The notes beneath the pieces were generated by a model that worked only from the letters and a program-made list of their open reading frames with translations, searched no databases and had not been told where the DNA came from. A program made the position numbers and the translations under genes. A stretch of DNA of 63,980 nucleotides, the filler included, from Octopus bimaculoides (lineage: Eukaryota), in the NCBI RefSeq assembly GCF_001194135.2. It is 7 parts of 6 records of this genome, joined end to end, with 100 filler letters (N's around TTAATTAATTAA, not from the genome) between each part and the next. Parts side by side here need not be neighbours in the genome. Positions count along the whole stretch, not along the records: positions 47,106 to 53,952 come from NC_069007.1; positions 54,053 to 61,406 come from NC_068984.1; positions 61,507 to 62,568 come from NC_068984.1; positions 62,669 to 63,980 come from NC_068986.1; 3 more parts are not named here. One strand, written 5' to 3'. Shown here piece after piece: positions 50,297-63,599 of the stretch; within the stretch, counting starts at the first letter, position 1, and every line of letters starts with the position of its first letter.

Positions 50297-50390
50297 TACG
50301 ACGTGCTTCTTTCAGTTTCCACCAGCCAAATCCATTCAAAAGGCTTTGTTCGGACTGAGTCTATATTAGAAGACACTTGCCCAAAGTGCA
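50297..50390 (-). mobile_element. SINE family C fragment
   Basis: acgacgtgcttctttcagtttcc..ccaaatccattcaaaaggctttgttcgg..agaagacacttgcccaa. Confidence 0.7.
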
Positions 50391-50544
50391 GATAGGGAGA
50401 TATAGATACACAGGGAGATGAACAGGTATACACACACCTGAGTTTAAGTGCTTCTAGCGTGAAATCAATAAACACCAATATATATGCATATATATATGTG
50501 TGTGTGTGTGTATGTGTATGTGTGTGTATGTGTATGTGCGTGTA

Positions 50545-50587
<43 letters not shown>

Positions 50588-50976
50588 CTGCGCACACACA
50601 TATATAGCCTACAATATGAAGCATTGGATTTGTGAAGAGCGTATTGTTTTTGGTATTTGCGTAAAACGTATGTATAGACTATATATAGGCTGTATAACCA
50701 TCGTAAATAATGTAAGCGTATGTATCGGTTAGTGTATACATATGTGTGCATGTGTGAATTTGTGCGTCTGTGCGTATGTGTGTTTGTGTCAGTACGTATG
50801 TGTGAGTATGGGTTCCTACGTCCTTGAATGTGCGTATGCTAATGCGGATATGACGTGTTGCCGACATTTCCAAGGCGATATCGATGGCGTGTTTATGAGT
50901 GTCACCGTTTAATGTTAAGCAGACTTATTGCTTTAATTACAAACTGTGTGAACATATATGCTTAATCCACGCACAT

Positions 50977-51007
<31 letters not shown>

Positions 51008-51646
51008 CGTCTGTGCGTCTGCGTGTGTGTGTGTGTATGTACGTGTGTATTTATAGTTATACCTGAGTGTGTTTTGAGGTAGCTTGCGCTGTTTTGTGGG
51101 TGAAACAAAACCCACAAGCTAATAAAAAGAAGGAATTTAGACAAGTTTATTAACTGTTATTGATTATCGATGACTGTACTTTACCTTTGTTTTCTCATCA
51201 CTGTTCGATGTACTATAATAAGAAAATAGACTGTATACGCGTCTCAGCTTCGAGGTCAGAAGAGTTAGTGCAAGTCAATGTGCAAGATATATATATATAT
51301 ACAGTGTACATTTAGACGACGCATAAGAGGTATCAATCATAGGATTCCCTCACGCTAGAAAGTACAGCTAAGTTCCCAACCACTATTATGGATAAAATTA
51401 AACTTTCGAAAAGGATGAAAAATTAAAACATTTACCAATCTAGTTCCTGAACCAATGGTTTCTGATTTATTTAAGCAAATAAAAATAATTTTCCAGGTGA
51501 AGTCTTCAGTCAGCAGGTACGTCCAGATTAAACATATATGCACGAGGAAATCCAGCATCTGCCCCATGCTTATACATTCCAATTTTTCAAATCTACCGCG
51601 CATAGGAACACATACTCACGCATACGTACAAACAGCAACACACATA

Positions 51647-51700
<54 letters not shown>

Positions 51701-51865
51701 NNNNNNNNNNNNNNNNNNNNNNNNNNNNNNNNNNNNNNNNNNNNNNNNNNNNNNNNNNNNNNNNNNNNNNNNNNNNNNNNNNNNNNNNNNNNNNNNNNNN
51801 NNNNNNNNNNNNNNNNNNNNNNNNNNNNNNNNNNNNNNNNNNNNNNNNNNNNNNNNNNNNNNNNN

Positions 51866-52153
51866 CCCCCCTCCCAGGTGGACGGGACGCCAGTTCGTCC
51901 CAGCGTTACTGAAGAAACAGGAAGAAAGGAAGAAATTGTGAGAGAAAGTTGGGGCGAAAGAATACAGCAGGGGTCGCTACCAACCCCTGCCGGAACCTCG
52001 TGGAGCTTTTAGGTGTTTTCGCTCAATAAACACACACAACGCCCGGTGTGGGAATCGAAACCGCGATCTTCCGACCACGTGTCCGCTGCCCTAACCACTG
52101 GGCCATTGCGCCTCCACTAGGCCATTGCGCTTCGACTGGGCCATTGCGCCTCC
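51866..52153 (-). mobile_element. OR1-like SINE variant with a different 3' body and a triplicated 5' end
   Basis: Head matches 52689, while the distal part (cccctcccaggtggacgggacgccag) differs. A 19-bp unit is repeated 3 times at 52097-52153. Confidence 0.8.
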
Positions 52154-52688
52154 TTTCAATTGTGTAGGGTCAATAAAATAAAGTAACTTTTAATTCGATT
52201 GGGGTTAATACAATTGCTCCAGCTGTTTACCTTCATAGTTTAAATACCACAGAGTTCACACTTGTCCTTTTAGGTGCGATGGAATAAAGTATTGGTAAAG
52301 TATTCGGATCGATACAATCGACAATAATTTCTCGTAAAATTTATTGATATTTGTTCCGACATTTTACGTTCTTAATTCAAATCCTACCGGGTTGAAATTT
52401 GCATTTTATCCTATCAGGGTCGATTAAATTAAGTACCAGTCAAGTACAAACCGCTTTCAATTCAAAAATAACGTCGGGAAAATTCTGTGTGATAAATGTT
52501 GTGGTTCTGTATGTTATCAGTTCAAATCCTACCGAGGTCAAGTTTGCCATTAATCATTTCAGGATCGATAAAATAAAGTATTAATCAAAAACTGAGATGG
52601 AATCGAATATAACACAGTTAATTTTTTTTTTTTTTTAGTCAAAATAGATGGCTTTGTTGTTCAATATGAAACCAATACCTGTGCCCAT

Positions 52689-53053
52689 GTGGAGGCGCAA
52701 TGGCCCAGTGGTTAGGGCAGCAGACTCGCGGTCATAGGATCGAGGTTTCGATTCCCAGATCGGGCGTTGTTAGTGTTTATTGAGCGAAAACACCTAAAGC
52801 TCCACGAGGCTCCGGCAGGGGTTGGTGGCGAACCCTGCTGTACTCTTTCACCACAACTTTCTCTCACTCTTACTTCCTGTTTCTGTTGTGCCTGTAATTG
52901 AAAGGGTCAGCATTGTCACATTGTGTCACACTGTGTCACGCTGAATATCCCCGAATATCCACGCGTCTGTGGAGTGCTCAGCCACTTGCACGTTAATTTC
53001 ACGAGCAGGCTGTTCCGTTGATCGGATCAACTGGAACCCGCGACGGAGTGCCA
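52689..53053 (+). mobile_element. Full-length OR1-like SINE with 12-bp TSD
   Basis: A box TGGCCCAGTGG, B box GGTTTCGATTCCC; TSD ACCTGTGCCCAT at 52677-88 and 53054-65. Confidence 0.92.
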
Positions 53054-53770
53054 ACCTGTGCCCATATTACATAAGAAACAACCATACTGAAATTCGTGGG
53101 AAAAAAGGTGCCACCATGCGCGAACCACACACACATACACGAACACTGGCACGTACTTGGACAAGGACACACACATGCACTCACACACACAAGCAAACAC
53201 TTACGCATACATACATACATACATATATTTCGTTGTTCTTTTTTACGCAAAATTTAAAATGGAGTCAATAACATTTGTTATTAAAAGTAACACGTCATCT
53301 TTTGTCTCAATTCGAAAACTCATTTTGATAAAACTCCCTCGCCCACGATTATAATAATGCCTAAAATAATCGATTCTCGCAAATCATTTAATTAATTAAT
53401 TAACTATTAATGGATTAATTATACAATTATATAATAATTTATTTATGTATTTCATTTTTCCTTTACTAAACCGCTATTAAAACAATTTAGGCGAAATAAA
53501 AGAGTTTTATAAATTACATGTATTATATCAACTAGGCAACATAAGTTTCTTTCATAAAAATTTATTGTATTTTAAAAAGAGCCAAATTTTATTTCGTTAT
53601 TTATATATTTCTTTATTTATTATTGAATATTCATATTCTGCCGTTATCATAGACGAAACGGGAGAATTTTATAAAGGTATGTCGCCATTGGCCCTCCACC
53701 ACCACCACTATCATCACCACCACCACCATCAGCATAATTACAAATACAACTACTAATTTTACTACTATTA

Positions 53771-53952
<182 letters not shown>

Positions 53953-54052
53953 NNNNNNNNNNNNNNNNNNNNNNNNNNNNNNNNNNNNNNNNNNNNTTAA
54001 TTAATTAANNNNNNNNNNNNNNNNNNNNNNNNNNNNNNNNNNNNNNNNNNNN

Positions 54053-54092
<40 letters not shown>

Positions 54093-54199
54093 AGGTGGAG
54101 AAACAAAACAAAATTGCTGTAACACTTGAAACTCTCTTATTGTTGAATATGTTTAGTAATTTAAAACTATGTTAACATTCACATATAATTACTATACAA

Positions 54200-55060
54200 A
54201 TAATCTAATCTATGTGGCTTCCATTGTTTGCAATTACAGCCTCCACATGGCCCCCCAGAACCCCGCACAACTCTTCACCACAACGTCACTGGACAACCTC
54301 CATAGAGTTGATGTTGGAGTGTTAGGTTTTGTTGTGGCACGCTCCAAAATGCCTCACACGGCATAGTCCAGAGGGTTGAGATCCGCGCTGGAAGAAAACC
54401 AGAAGTCCGCAGACCAGAAAGCAGCAAAGTTGGAATTGCAGAAATTCTGAACCTTCTTGGTAATATGGCTGGGCGCACCAACCTTGATTCACACATAGTT
54501 GCCCTCTGGGTAGTCGGTCTTGAGTCACGACAAGACATGGTACCTCAGCGTCTTGTATTGGCCTGGGCACCCACTCTTTCTCCAGGCTTGTAGAAATAGA
54601 TGGGCATCTTTCTTCCGCGGGAGTTCACAACACCGAAGGCCATGACCTGTTTTGTTCTGAAGGTGCCCCTGACGTCAGCTGTTAACCCCGCAATGTACCG
54701 GTCATTTCTGTGGTTCACAACAGTAACCACAGTGAGGATATTTCCGTCAGAAAATTTTCTGTGGAACTCCTTGAGGTATATGAGAACTTTTTTGCATCTC
54801 TCCTGACTTTCGTAGCTTCTATCAGAAGGTGTGCCGGTATTCCTGGAGTAGTCATCATTCACAGCTGTTCTTATCGTCTTGGGGTTCACTTCAAGTTCAG
54901 AAGCCAGCTTCCTCGTGGTTGTGGTTGGATCCGTCGAAATTTTGGACCTGAGTGTGTTGATGAAGTCTTCATTCCATTTCTTGTTGGACCCACCGCTGCC
55001 AGACTTTCTTTGAATGTTGTTGCTCATGTCCATTCTCTCCTTGATGTTATAAACTTTACA
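54200..55060 (-). mobile_element. maT-type (DD37D) Tc1/mariner transposase remnant
   Basis: RKSGSGGSNKK..TRKLASELEV..FSDGNILTV..NHRNDRY..QVMAFGVV..G.KMP, then GAPSHITKKVQNFC..FW..SADLNPLDYAV*GILE. 37 residues separate the (mutated, D>V) second D position and the DLNPLD aspartate. Boundaries approximate. Confidence 0.85.
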
Positions 55061-55779
55061 TAAGGATACTCCGACTATGCTTCAGATCCTCTTCGTACAT
55101 ACTAAAATCGACTGCTAACATCCATCTTAATATTTGTGCTTTCAGCATCTATGTTAAACAATTGGATAGAAGCAGAGGCACATGATAGGTCCAGGCAGCT
55201 TTTCAATGTCGTATCGTATTATCCAAGCAAATCTTTTGAACAGCAAAGAGTGAAATGAAGACATCACGGTTATATTCCATAGCGAAAATAATAACGCTAG
55301 GAGGTTAGCTGAAGAATTCCTATATAGTTACTCTGAATCTGAATTTGTCCCGTGTGAACGAACTGTGGGTGTACTGATGTGTTTGAAATAGAAACTTGAC
55401 GAAGAGATAACCATATAAGAACAGAACGTTATGGTTGGGTACTTTCTGCAAGCTAGAGATTATCTACAACTTTGATAGGCATAGCAATCTCCCTTGGATC
55501 CGCGAGAAACATATCACATCTATTGTAGAAGGATACGTTATAGCTGTCCAGAAACAGGAGACAGCTAATAAATTTCTGATCAACAAGATTGATAAAGATA
55601 CTACCAAACTGCATCGTTGTAATAAAATATATCGATTGTGCTATAACATGAATATTTCATCCACACGATCAGCAACGATCTAAAAAATATTTGGAAGATA
55701 CAATCTTACCGTAAGACACGGAATTATCGCTAAAACCATCTGCAATAATATCCATAGAAAGGATTGTCCTGATGCCCAC

Positions 55780-56090
55780 ACCAGGGTCTAAGTGGTTAAG
55801 GTATTCGCTTCTAGAACGTAAAGTCGATACATGGCGGCGCGTTGTGTCCTTGAGCAATACACTTTATTTCACGCTGATGCAGCCCAGTCAGTTGTCAAAA
55901 ATGAGTTGTACCGTACATCCAAGGTTCAGCCTCCCTACATTTTGTATCATGCTGAATTTCCTTTAGAACTACGTTAACGGTACGCGTGTCTGTGGAGAGC
56001 TCTGCCACTTGCTCGGTAATTTCACAAGCACGCTATTCCGTTTAGCAGATCTACTGGAACCCGCGTCGTTGTAACGGTCGGAGTGCCAGT
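55780..56090 (+). mobile_element. Chimeric SINE: CORE-like middle with OR1-like 3' tail
   Basis: gttgtgtccttgagcaatacactttatttcacg (as in 26427 copy) is followed by gctgaat..agaactacgttaa.ggtac.cgtgtctgtggag..ccacttg..aatttcac.agca.gct.ttccgtt..actggaaccc..ggagtgcca (as in OR1-like tails). Confidence 0.7.
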
Positions 56091-56527
56091 TACAACTAAA
56101 GGCTCACCAGAAGCAAAATATATTCATACGTTGAGAAATAAAGAATACTGATGGAACATTTCAATGAAACATCAACCAATAAGACATCACGTCGGTAAAA
56201 CCATCTACATATTGTAGATGATTTTAGCAGAAACGATTGTTTTAATAGCCTTACTAATCGCACATCACAACCTGAATATATCCACCTCTTTAATGATAAA
56301 AAACACTTCCAAAACTGGTGGAACATTCTAATAACAACATCAGTCAGGTGTTAAAGCACACAGTCACATAGTTATGGAACAGCGAGTAAAACCTAATTGC
56401 TTGGTGGACCTGGATGTCTCATCAAATATTGATGCCAATATGAAGGTCTATGGAAAAATATATAGTTTCTATGTTCGAACTATAGATTTTTATTTGTACC
56501 TTTTATCATAGGTGTACTGGTCTATGT

Positions 56528-56916
56528 GTGGAGGCACAATGGCCCAGTGGTTAGGGCAGCGGACTCGCGGTCATACGATCGTGGTTTCGATTCTCAGAAC
56601 GAGCGTTGTGAGTGTTTATTGAGCGAAAATGACTAAAGCTCCACGAGGCTCCGGCAGGAGATGGTGGCGAATCCTGCTGTACTCTTTCACCACAACTTTC
56701 TCTCACTCTTACTTCCTGTTTCTGTTGTGCCTGTAATTCAAAGGGCCAACCTTTTCACACTGTGTCACGCTGAATATCCCCGAGAACTACGTTAGGGGTA
56801 CACGTGTCTGTGGACTGCTCAGCCACTTGAATGTTAATTTCACGAGCAGGCTGTTCCGTTGATCGGATCAACTGGAACCCTCGACGTCGTAAGCGACGGA
56901 GTGCCAACAACAAACA
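56528..56916 (+). mobile_element. Full-length OR1-like SINE with 12-bp TSD and (CAA)n-like tail
   Basis: TSD ACTGGTCTATGT at 56516-27 and 56917-28. Confidence 0.92.
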
Positions 56917-57598
56917 ACTGGTCTATGTAACAACAAATTTAAATAAAAGCCTAGAAATGCTGAAGTTCTCCAAGAAAGAATTGAACAAATTGATTCGTAT
57001 GTTTCGAGTATATTCAGTAAGAGCTACATTGAAAATTAGTAAAGCATTCCAAGGATTCTCCATTTGAGGCTGGATGTCTGAACAAAAGCACACAGTCATA
57101 TGCACCTATTGAATACACATACACCTACACACGCACACACGTACACACAAACACACGAAATCATTTACACACTGACAAATAGACATTCGCACAACAGGTT
57201 GTTCTACTGATCCGATCAACTGGAACCCGCGTCGTCCTAACCGACTGAATGCTGTTCCGTTGACTAAGAAGCTTGAATTTTGTAAAAGGGGTGGAAGAAG
57301 ATTTAGATAATCCTAGAGATATATGGGGGCACATACATACATATGTAAGGGACGACCGTGCGAACTCAAAAAGGAGAAATGGTGACGAATGGAAAAAGTG
57401 TGAGAGTGTGAATGCGACATATAATAACATTATCAAAGACAGGCCGTCATACAAAGAAAAGTGTGTATGTGAGTGATACATGTATGTGTATGTGAAATAT
57501 TACAGCAGATAGAAAGAGAGTCAATAACACGTGAACAATTATACCAGTTCTTTAGTACACAATAATATGAATCTGTATGTGAAGTGAGTTGGCTGAGT

Positions 57599-57681
57599 TT
57601 GGCAGAGCTGATCACTAGTTGTGATGTCGTGGCATCGATGCCGGGCCGTGATTCTTGTTATACAGATGTTCGTCGCTGGCT
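57599..57681 (-). mobile_element. Fragment related to the internal region of the 3754-6664 LTR element
   Basis: ggcagagct..tcact.gt.gtg..gt...ggc.tcgatgccgggccg.gattcttg.tacagatgttc.tcgc aligns with ~4703-4778; it runs into a large gap. Confidence 0.6.
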
Positions 57682-58501
57682 NNNNNNNNNNNNNNNNNNN
57701 NNNNNNNNNNNNNNNNNNNNNNNNNNNNNNNNNNNNNNNNNNNNNNNNNNNNNNNNNNNNNNNNNNNNNNNNNNNNNNNNNNNNNNNNNNNNNNNNNNNN
57801 NNNNNNNNNNNNNNNNNNNNNNNNNNNNNNNNNNNNNNNNNNNNNNNNNNNNNNNNNNNNNNNNNNNNNNNNNNNNNNNNNNNNNNNNNNNNNNNNNNNN
57901 NNNNNNNNNNNNNNNNNNNNNNNNNNNNNNNNNNNNNNNNNNNNNNNNNNNNNNNNNNNNNNNNNNNNNNNNNNNNNNNNNNNNNNNNNNNNNNNNNNNN
58001 NNNNNNNNNNNNNNNNNNNNNNNNNNNNNNNNNNNNNNNNNNNNNNNNNNNNNNNNNNNNNNNNNNNNNNNNNNNNNNNNNNNNNNNNNNNNNNNNNNNN
58101 NNNNNNNNNNNNNNNNNNNNNNNNNNNNNNNNNNNNNNNNNNNNNNNNNNNNNNNNNNNNNNNNNNNNNNNNNNNNNNNNNNNNNNNNNNNNNNNNNNNN
58201 NNNNNNNNNNNNNNNNNNNNNNNNNNNNNNNNNNNNNNNNNNNNNNNNNNNNNNNNNNNNNNNNNNNNNNNNNNNNNNNNNNNNNNNNNNNNNNNNNNNN
58301 NNNNNNNNNNNNNNNNNNNNNNNNNNNNNNNNNNNNNNNNNNNNNNNNNNNNNNNNNNNNNNNNNNNNNNNNNNNNNNNNNNNNNNNNNNNNNNNNNNNN
58401 NNNNNNNNNNNNNNNNNNNNNNNNNNNNNNNNNNNNNNNNNNNNNNNNNNNNNNNNNNNNNTATATATATATATATATATATATCCACGCATACTTAAAT
58501 A

Positions 58502-58568
<67 letters not shown>

Positions 58569-59094
58569 TATACATATATATGTATATATGCTTACACACA
58601 CACATATGTATATAAACAGACAAATCAGTGACATATATACATATCAATATGTTTACACATTTCTTTATATTGCTCTTTCTTTCTGTCTTTGTTTCTTTTT
58701 CTTTCTTTCTAACTATTCATATGTGTGTGTGTGTGTTTGCGAGTGTGTGCGGGTTTGTGTGTATGTGTGAAGTTGTTTGCGTGTAGTTGATTATGTGTGT
58801 GTTTATTTGTTCTTCCTAGAAAACGTGTGACTTAATAGAGAAAAGGGAGAAATATTGGGTACGTATGTACTTATCTATGGTAACATGCCTGTATGCATCT
58901 ATGCATATATGCATGTATATATTATTCATACAATACAATGTTAAACACTCGCAAATATACACAGAAAGACATATATGCAATCACAGACTTTCTGTCTTCA
59001 ACACATACAACCACGCACGCGCACGTGCACACCTACACATGACGTCATATGAATGAATCTATGTGCGAGTATCTATTTCTCTGTATTTTTTTAA

Positions 59095-59425
59095 TACTAT
59101 TTTACTTGTTTCAGTCATTTGACTGCGGCCATGCTGGAGCACCGCCTTTAGTCGAGCAAATCGACCCCGGGACTTATTCTTTGTAAGCCTAGTACTTATT
59201 CTATCGGTCTCTTTTGCCGAACCGCTAAGTGACGGGGACATAAACACACCAGCATCGTCTGTCAAGCAATGCTAGGGGGACAAACACAGACACACAAACA
59301 CACACATATACATACATATATACGACGGGCTTCTTTCAGTTTCCGTCTTGGACAAGTGTCTTCCGCTATAGCCTCTAGCCGACACCAAAACCATGTGAAT
59401 GGATTTGGTAGACAGAAACTGAAAG
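59095..59425 (-). mobile_element. SINE family C copy or rearranged pair
   Basis: Well-preserved 3' body (gtttcagtcatttgactgcggccatgctggagcaccgcc..) and an internally shortened head, followed by a short plus-strand head fragment. Confidence 0.8.
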
Positions 59426-59434
59426 AAACCGTCG

Positions 59435-59495
<61 letters not shown>

Positions 59496-59562
59496 ATGTG
59501 TACGACAGTGTGTGTGTGTGTGTGTTTTGTTGGAAAGCTCCTGATGTAACTTTTCAGCCATA

Positions 59563-60352
59563 CACCGTAGTTGGGATATATTTGACCGTTTGTATAAAAA
59601 GCAATAAAAGCAATATTCCAACCGAAGATGAAAGTATATTATATATAAAAAAAATATTAACTGAGAGATAAGATTTTGCTCCAAGTCGCCGCCCTCAGCG
59701 TCCATCATGGCATCAAGACGGGTCCGAAATCTGGCACGTGTTCCTCACAGTGTCTCCTGGGAACATCGAACACCTACTTGATCTTGGCCATCAGATCGAA
59801 CTTCGGGTTGTAGGAAGAGCGATTGGTGTCTTTCTCAACCGAGACCCACACAGTAAACTATGGAACTATAATCGGGAGAATTGGGAGGTCATAAATTTAG
59901 GATGGTGAAATAGAAATTCTCCGATAACCACGCCGGACTCTTCTTGGAGTTATGGCCACTAATCGAATCCTGCTGTCACACAAATATCCTTCCAGTAGCA
60001 ACCTTCTCCGGCCAGTGTTTAACCACAGTTTCCAGCAGTTTTATACAACCGTGTAAGTTGAGTCACGGTTCGGCAGTTTCCATTGAAGTTGTTCATGTTA
60101 CGTCTTACAGCGTTTGCAGAGTTCGCAGAGCATTGAGCAGCAGTCATGATGTCGGCATTTTGAGACCTGGCTTCAATCATAATGACACAGGTAATATTCA
60201 GATGGCTTCATGTCCTCTATATCGGTTAACTTTTTCTCGCCCACAACTTTAATCTTTATGCTCTCCAACGCTATTGACTGTTCACCAGTTCATCAAACTG
60301 TTCCAGAAAGAAAGAAACATAAATAATCGCCAAATTTTGCCCCAACAACCTG
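59563..60352 (-). mobile_element. Internally deleted maT-like (DD37D) transposon
   Basis: LETVVKHW.EKVA.GR.FV*QQDS..HNSKKSPAWLSENF..*PPNSPDY..AMMDAEGGDLE. Weakly matching ends caggttgttggggcaaaatttggcg / caccgtagttgggatatatttgaccg. Confidence 0.7.
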
Positions 60353-61536
60353 CAAATAAGGAATTATCTTAATACATTGGCTGATCTCCACGATACGTCC
60401 CTAACAGTTGTCCCGTTAATCGGGTGAATTATAACAGCATAGGGCTAGAAATTCGATAAGCAGTAATACGAACAACAAATGAAATATAATCACATCACCA
60501 AGGGACAGAAAAAATTCAGAGACATCAGGACGTTGCACTACTAAAAGCGTAATATCGTAGATAACGTTACATAAAATGCTATAATCTAATTAGAAAATAA
60601 ATTGAATTATTTAAGATCCAATATTGTTATGGGCTAATGAAACAGGTTAAAATAATCAAGTTTAATCAAGGAATATAACCTTAGTCAATATTAATTCAAA
60701 ATTAATTCGATTAAAAAACACTAAAGATAGATAAAGATCAAGCTGTTGCTAGTTGTCGCTCATTGATTGTTTCTTCTAATTCTTTCTTAGCTCTCTTGCG
60801 TGTTCGGGTCTGAAGTAATTCATATAACGAAATGCTATGACCAGAACACCTTCCTTTGTTCCTGTTGTCATTATCAGGATAATTCACATTAAATTAAACT
60901 CTAATTTCTGTAATATTGTTGATGATGTTCCTTAGAAATTCATTAAAAAAACAATCCTTCCTAGTGTTGATGAATTACATAAACAAACGTATCACTTGCT
61001 TCAAACTGTTTCGACGCTGGCTGTTTTATATCCAGTATGACTTTTCTTAATCACTATAGACGAAATGTTAGTACATCGCGTTACAGGCTGTATTCCACTC
61101 ATGGTAAGTAATAGAATGCGTGTAATATTTGCGTGTATTTGGAAGTATGCAAAGTATGAATTATTGTCTTAGTTAATGCAAAAACATTAATAAGTTTGTA
61201 GCGGTCCTGCTGGAAAACATTACCTCCGGGAACGAAGAACGCAATAACAGATCAACACTAAGCGGGGAACTTACTGTATGTGTGTATGTATGTATGCATG
61301 TAAGCATGTATGCATGTATGTACGCGTGTTTATGTGTGTATGCATGTATATATGTATGTATGTATATGTATATATATTAATGTATATATGTATGTATATA
61401 TATATANNNNNNNNNNNNNNNNNNNNNNNNNNNNNNNNNNNNNNNNNNNNTTAATTAATTAANNNNNNNNNNNNNNNNNNNNNNNNNNNNNNNNNNNNNN
61501 NNNNNNAAATTAAAAGAAAAAAGAAGGCGAAAAGAG

Positions 61537-61582
<46 letters not shown>

Positions 61583-61799
61583 AGAAAGTGAAAGATGTAT
61601 GTATGTGTATATGAAATGGACGTGTGTTTGTGTGTATGCGTGTGTGCGAGGTGAGTGAAGATGTGTATCGTGATGATGGATGTACACGCTCATATAGAAA
61701 ATGTGACGTCATCGTCGTTGGAGTCGTATAAAATGTTTACGATAGTTGACTTATGGAAAACATAATTTTAAATTTTTGTAATGAAGATATGGCAATGAA

Positions 61800-61927
61800 A
61801 ATAAAGTTTAATTGGTAGCCGAAATAGTACTGAATCTTTTGATACCCCATACGTCAAAATCGGCACGTCGGTTTTGGAATGCATAAGGGACATACGCACA
61901 CACACACATACAAACACTCTTTTATAG

Positions 61928-61930
<3 letters not shown>
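61800..61930 (+). mobile_element. Probable 3' end of a Helentron/HINE-like non-autonomous element
   Basis: caaaatcggcacgtcggttttgga..ggacatacgcacacacacatacaaacactctttatagttatata has the aaaatcgg / CA-microsatellite / tttatatata layout typical of such ends (inference). Confidence 0.45.
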
Positions 61931-61980
<50 letters not shown>

Positions 61981-62668
61981 TCAAAAAGCCAATGAACATC
62001 TTTAGAAACCTCCAATGACAAGCTTTGAGGCATAATAATAAATGTATCAATGCTATCTGTTTATCAAACAGGAATTTACAAGCAATTGTTGCCGGTTTCA
62101 ACCTATCGGATCTCATCATGTGGAAGAACCCTTTAACCTGCTGGTCTGTCAAATTACACGACCAGAGGAAGCTAGGAGCTCGTCTGAGAGCTGGCTAATT
62201 CATCTGGAATAGTACACTCTAGTTTGATTGTAGCCGTGGCAGGTCTTGTAACTAGAACTTATTACGGAGAAGTAATGAATATTTCCTGTTGAACCAAATA
62301 TGGTTTTGTAATACTAATGTCACTTTATCAGTGTGTATTAGTCATTTGAAAGCAACCTCGCCCTTGTGCTATCCCAAGAGTGTATACATATGTTTGTGTG
62401 TATGTGTGTGTGCGTATGTGTGTGTGCGTGTGAGTATGTGTGCGTGTATGCATATATATGTATATATATTTGTGTGTGTATGTACATATATATATACACT
62501 TATACACACTCAAACATATATATACATATATATATATATGCATATATATATATGCATATACATATATANNNNNNNNNNNNNNNNNNNNNNNNNNNNNNNN
62601 NNNNNNNNNNNNTTAATTAATTAANNNNNNNNNNNNNNNNNNNNNNNNNNNNNNNNNNNNNNNNNNNN

Positions 62669-62715
62669 CTAGTCGTGTAGGTTTTTCAAACAATTTGAAA
62701 AACCTACACGACTAG
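62669..62715. repeat. Perfect 22-bp inverted repeat with 3-nt loop
   Basis: CTAGTCGTGTAGGTTTTTCAAA-CAA-TTTGAAAAACCTACACGACTAG. Confidence 0.95.
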
Positions 62716-63599
62716 GTGAAAAGCGCTTCACTTAATATGTGAGATTAATAAAAATCTGTAAATGTACAAACATCCAGGTTTCTGAGTACCTTAATTTTTT
62801 CTATATAATTTCTGTACATCACCTTCAAATATACATATATATATATATATATACTCACACACACACTTGAAATTTAAAACAAATATAGTTACCGAATGTT
62901 TCAACACATCCTTTTCCAATTCCACGGGCACCACCAGTAATAATGACAACTTTGTCCTTATATCGGAGAGACGAAGACATGACTAGAGATACCGCTTAAA
63001 ATACCAAATTCAGTAACTTCTAGTTGCTACCCGTTATTGCAATGTTCTGTTATAAAAGTCTCCCTCATAAATATATATACAAAAGAACACTCACTTTCTT
63101 TCTTTTTCCTTTCTTTCACACACACACATATAAAAACTGTTAATGCGCATGTATTATCTTTTTTTAGGTTACATGCATAAACGAAGTTACGAAATCAATA
63201 GAATTTATAATAGCTATCCGTGTCTTTAGTCACATTGTACTCGAATTTCATTTCTGTTATTTAAAATGTTTTGACATATATCTTTAGAAACTTGACCGAT
63301 ATACGTTGTGGTGGTACATTTGCCTTCTGTTTAGTTATAATTACTGAATTCTATTAATTTATAGTGCTTATTTTACGAATATCTGGAATAAATACTATCA
63401 GAAATAAACGGTAGTTTACACCGGTTGCATATGTCGCATTAATTTTTCCACAGAGCTGGCATTCTTAACCATTTTCTACCTATGGACCTCTTTGAAATAC
63501 TACTTACCTCTTAGTGAAAATCGTGTGGGTGTTAATATAAAAATTTACCAATTCTGGTGAACCCCCATGCCCATTCGATGTTTATAAAGAAGTTTTACA

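Larger units (their letters stand above)
55110..57066 (+). mobile_element. R4/Dong-like (restriction-like endonuclease) LINE 3' remnant, interrupted by two SINEs
   Basis: VQAAFQCRIV; SNLPWI..VEGYVIAVQKQETANKFLINK..YRLC..RYNLTVRHGIIAKTI; EY*WNIS; FVPFIIGVLVYV..LNKSLEMLKFSKKELNKLIR..SVRATLKISKAF. These follow the order of the RT thumb, CCHC and RLE tail in this clade. Confidence 0.75.
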
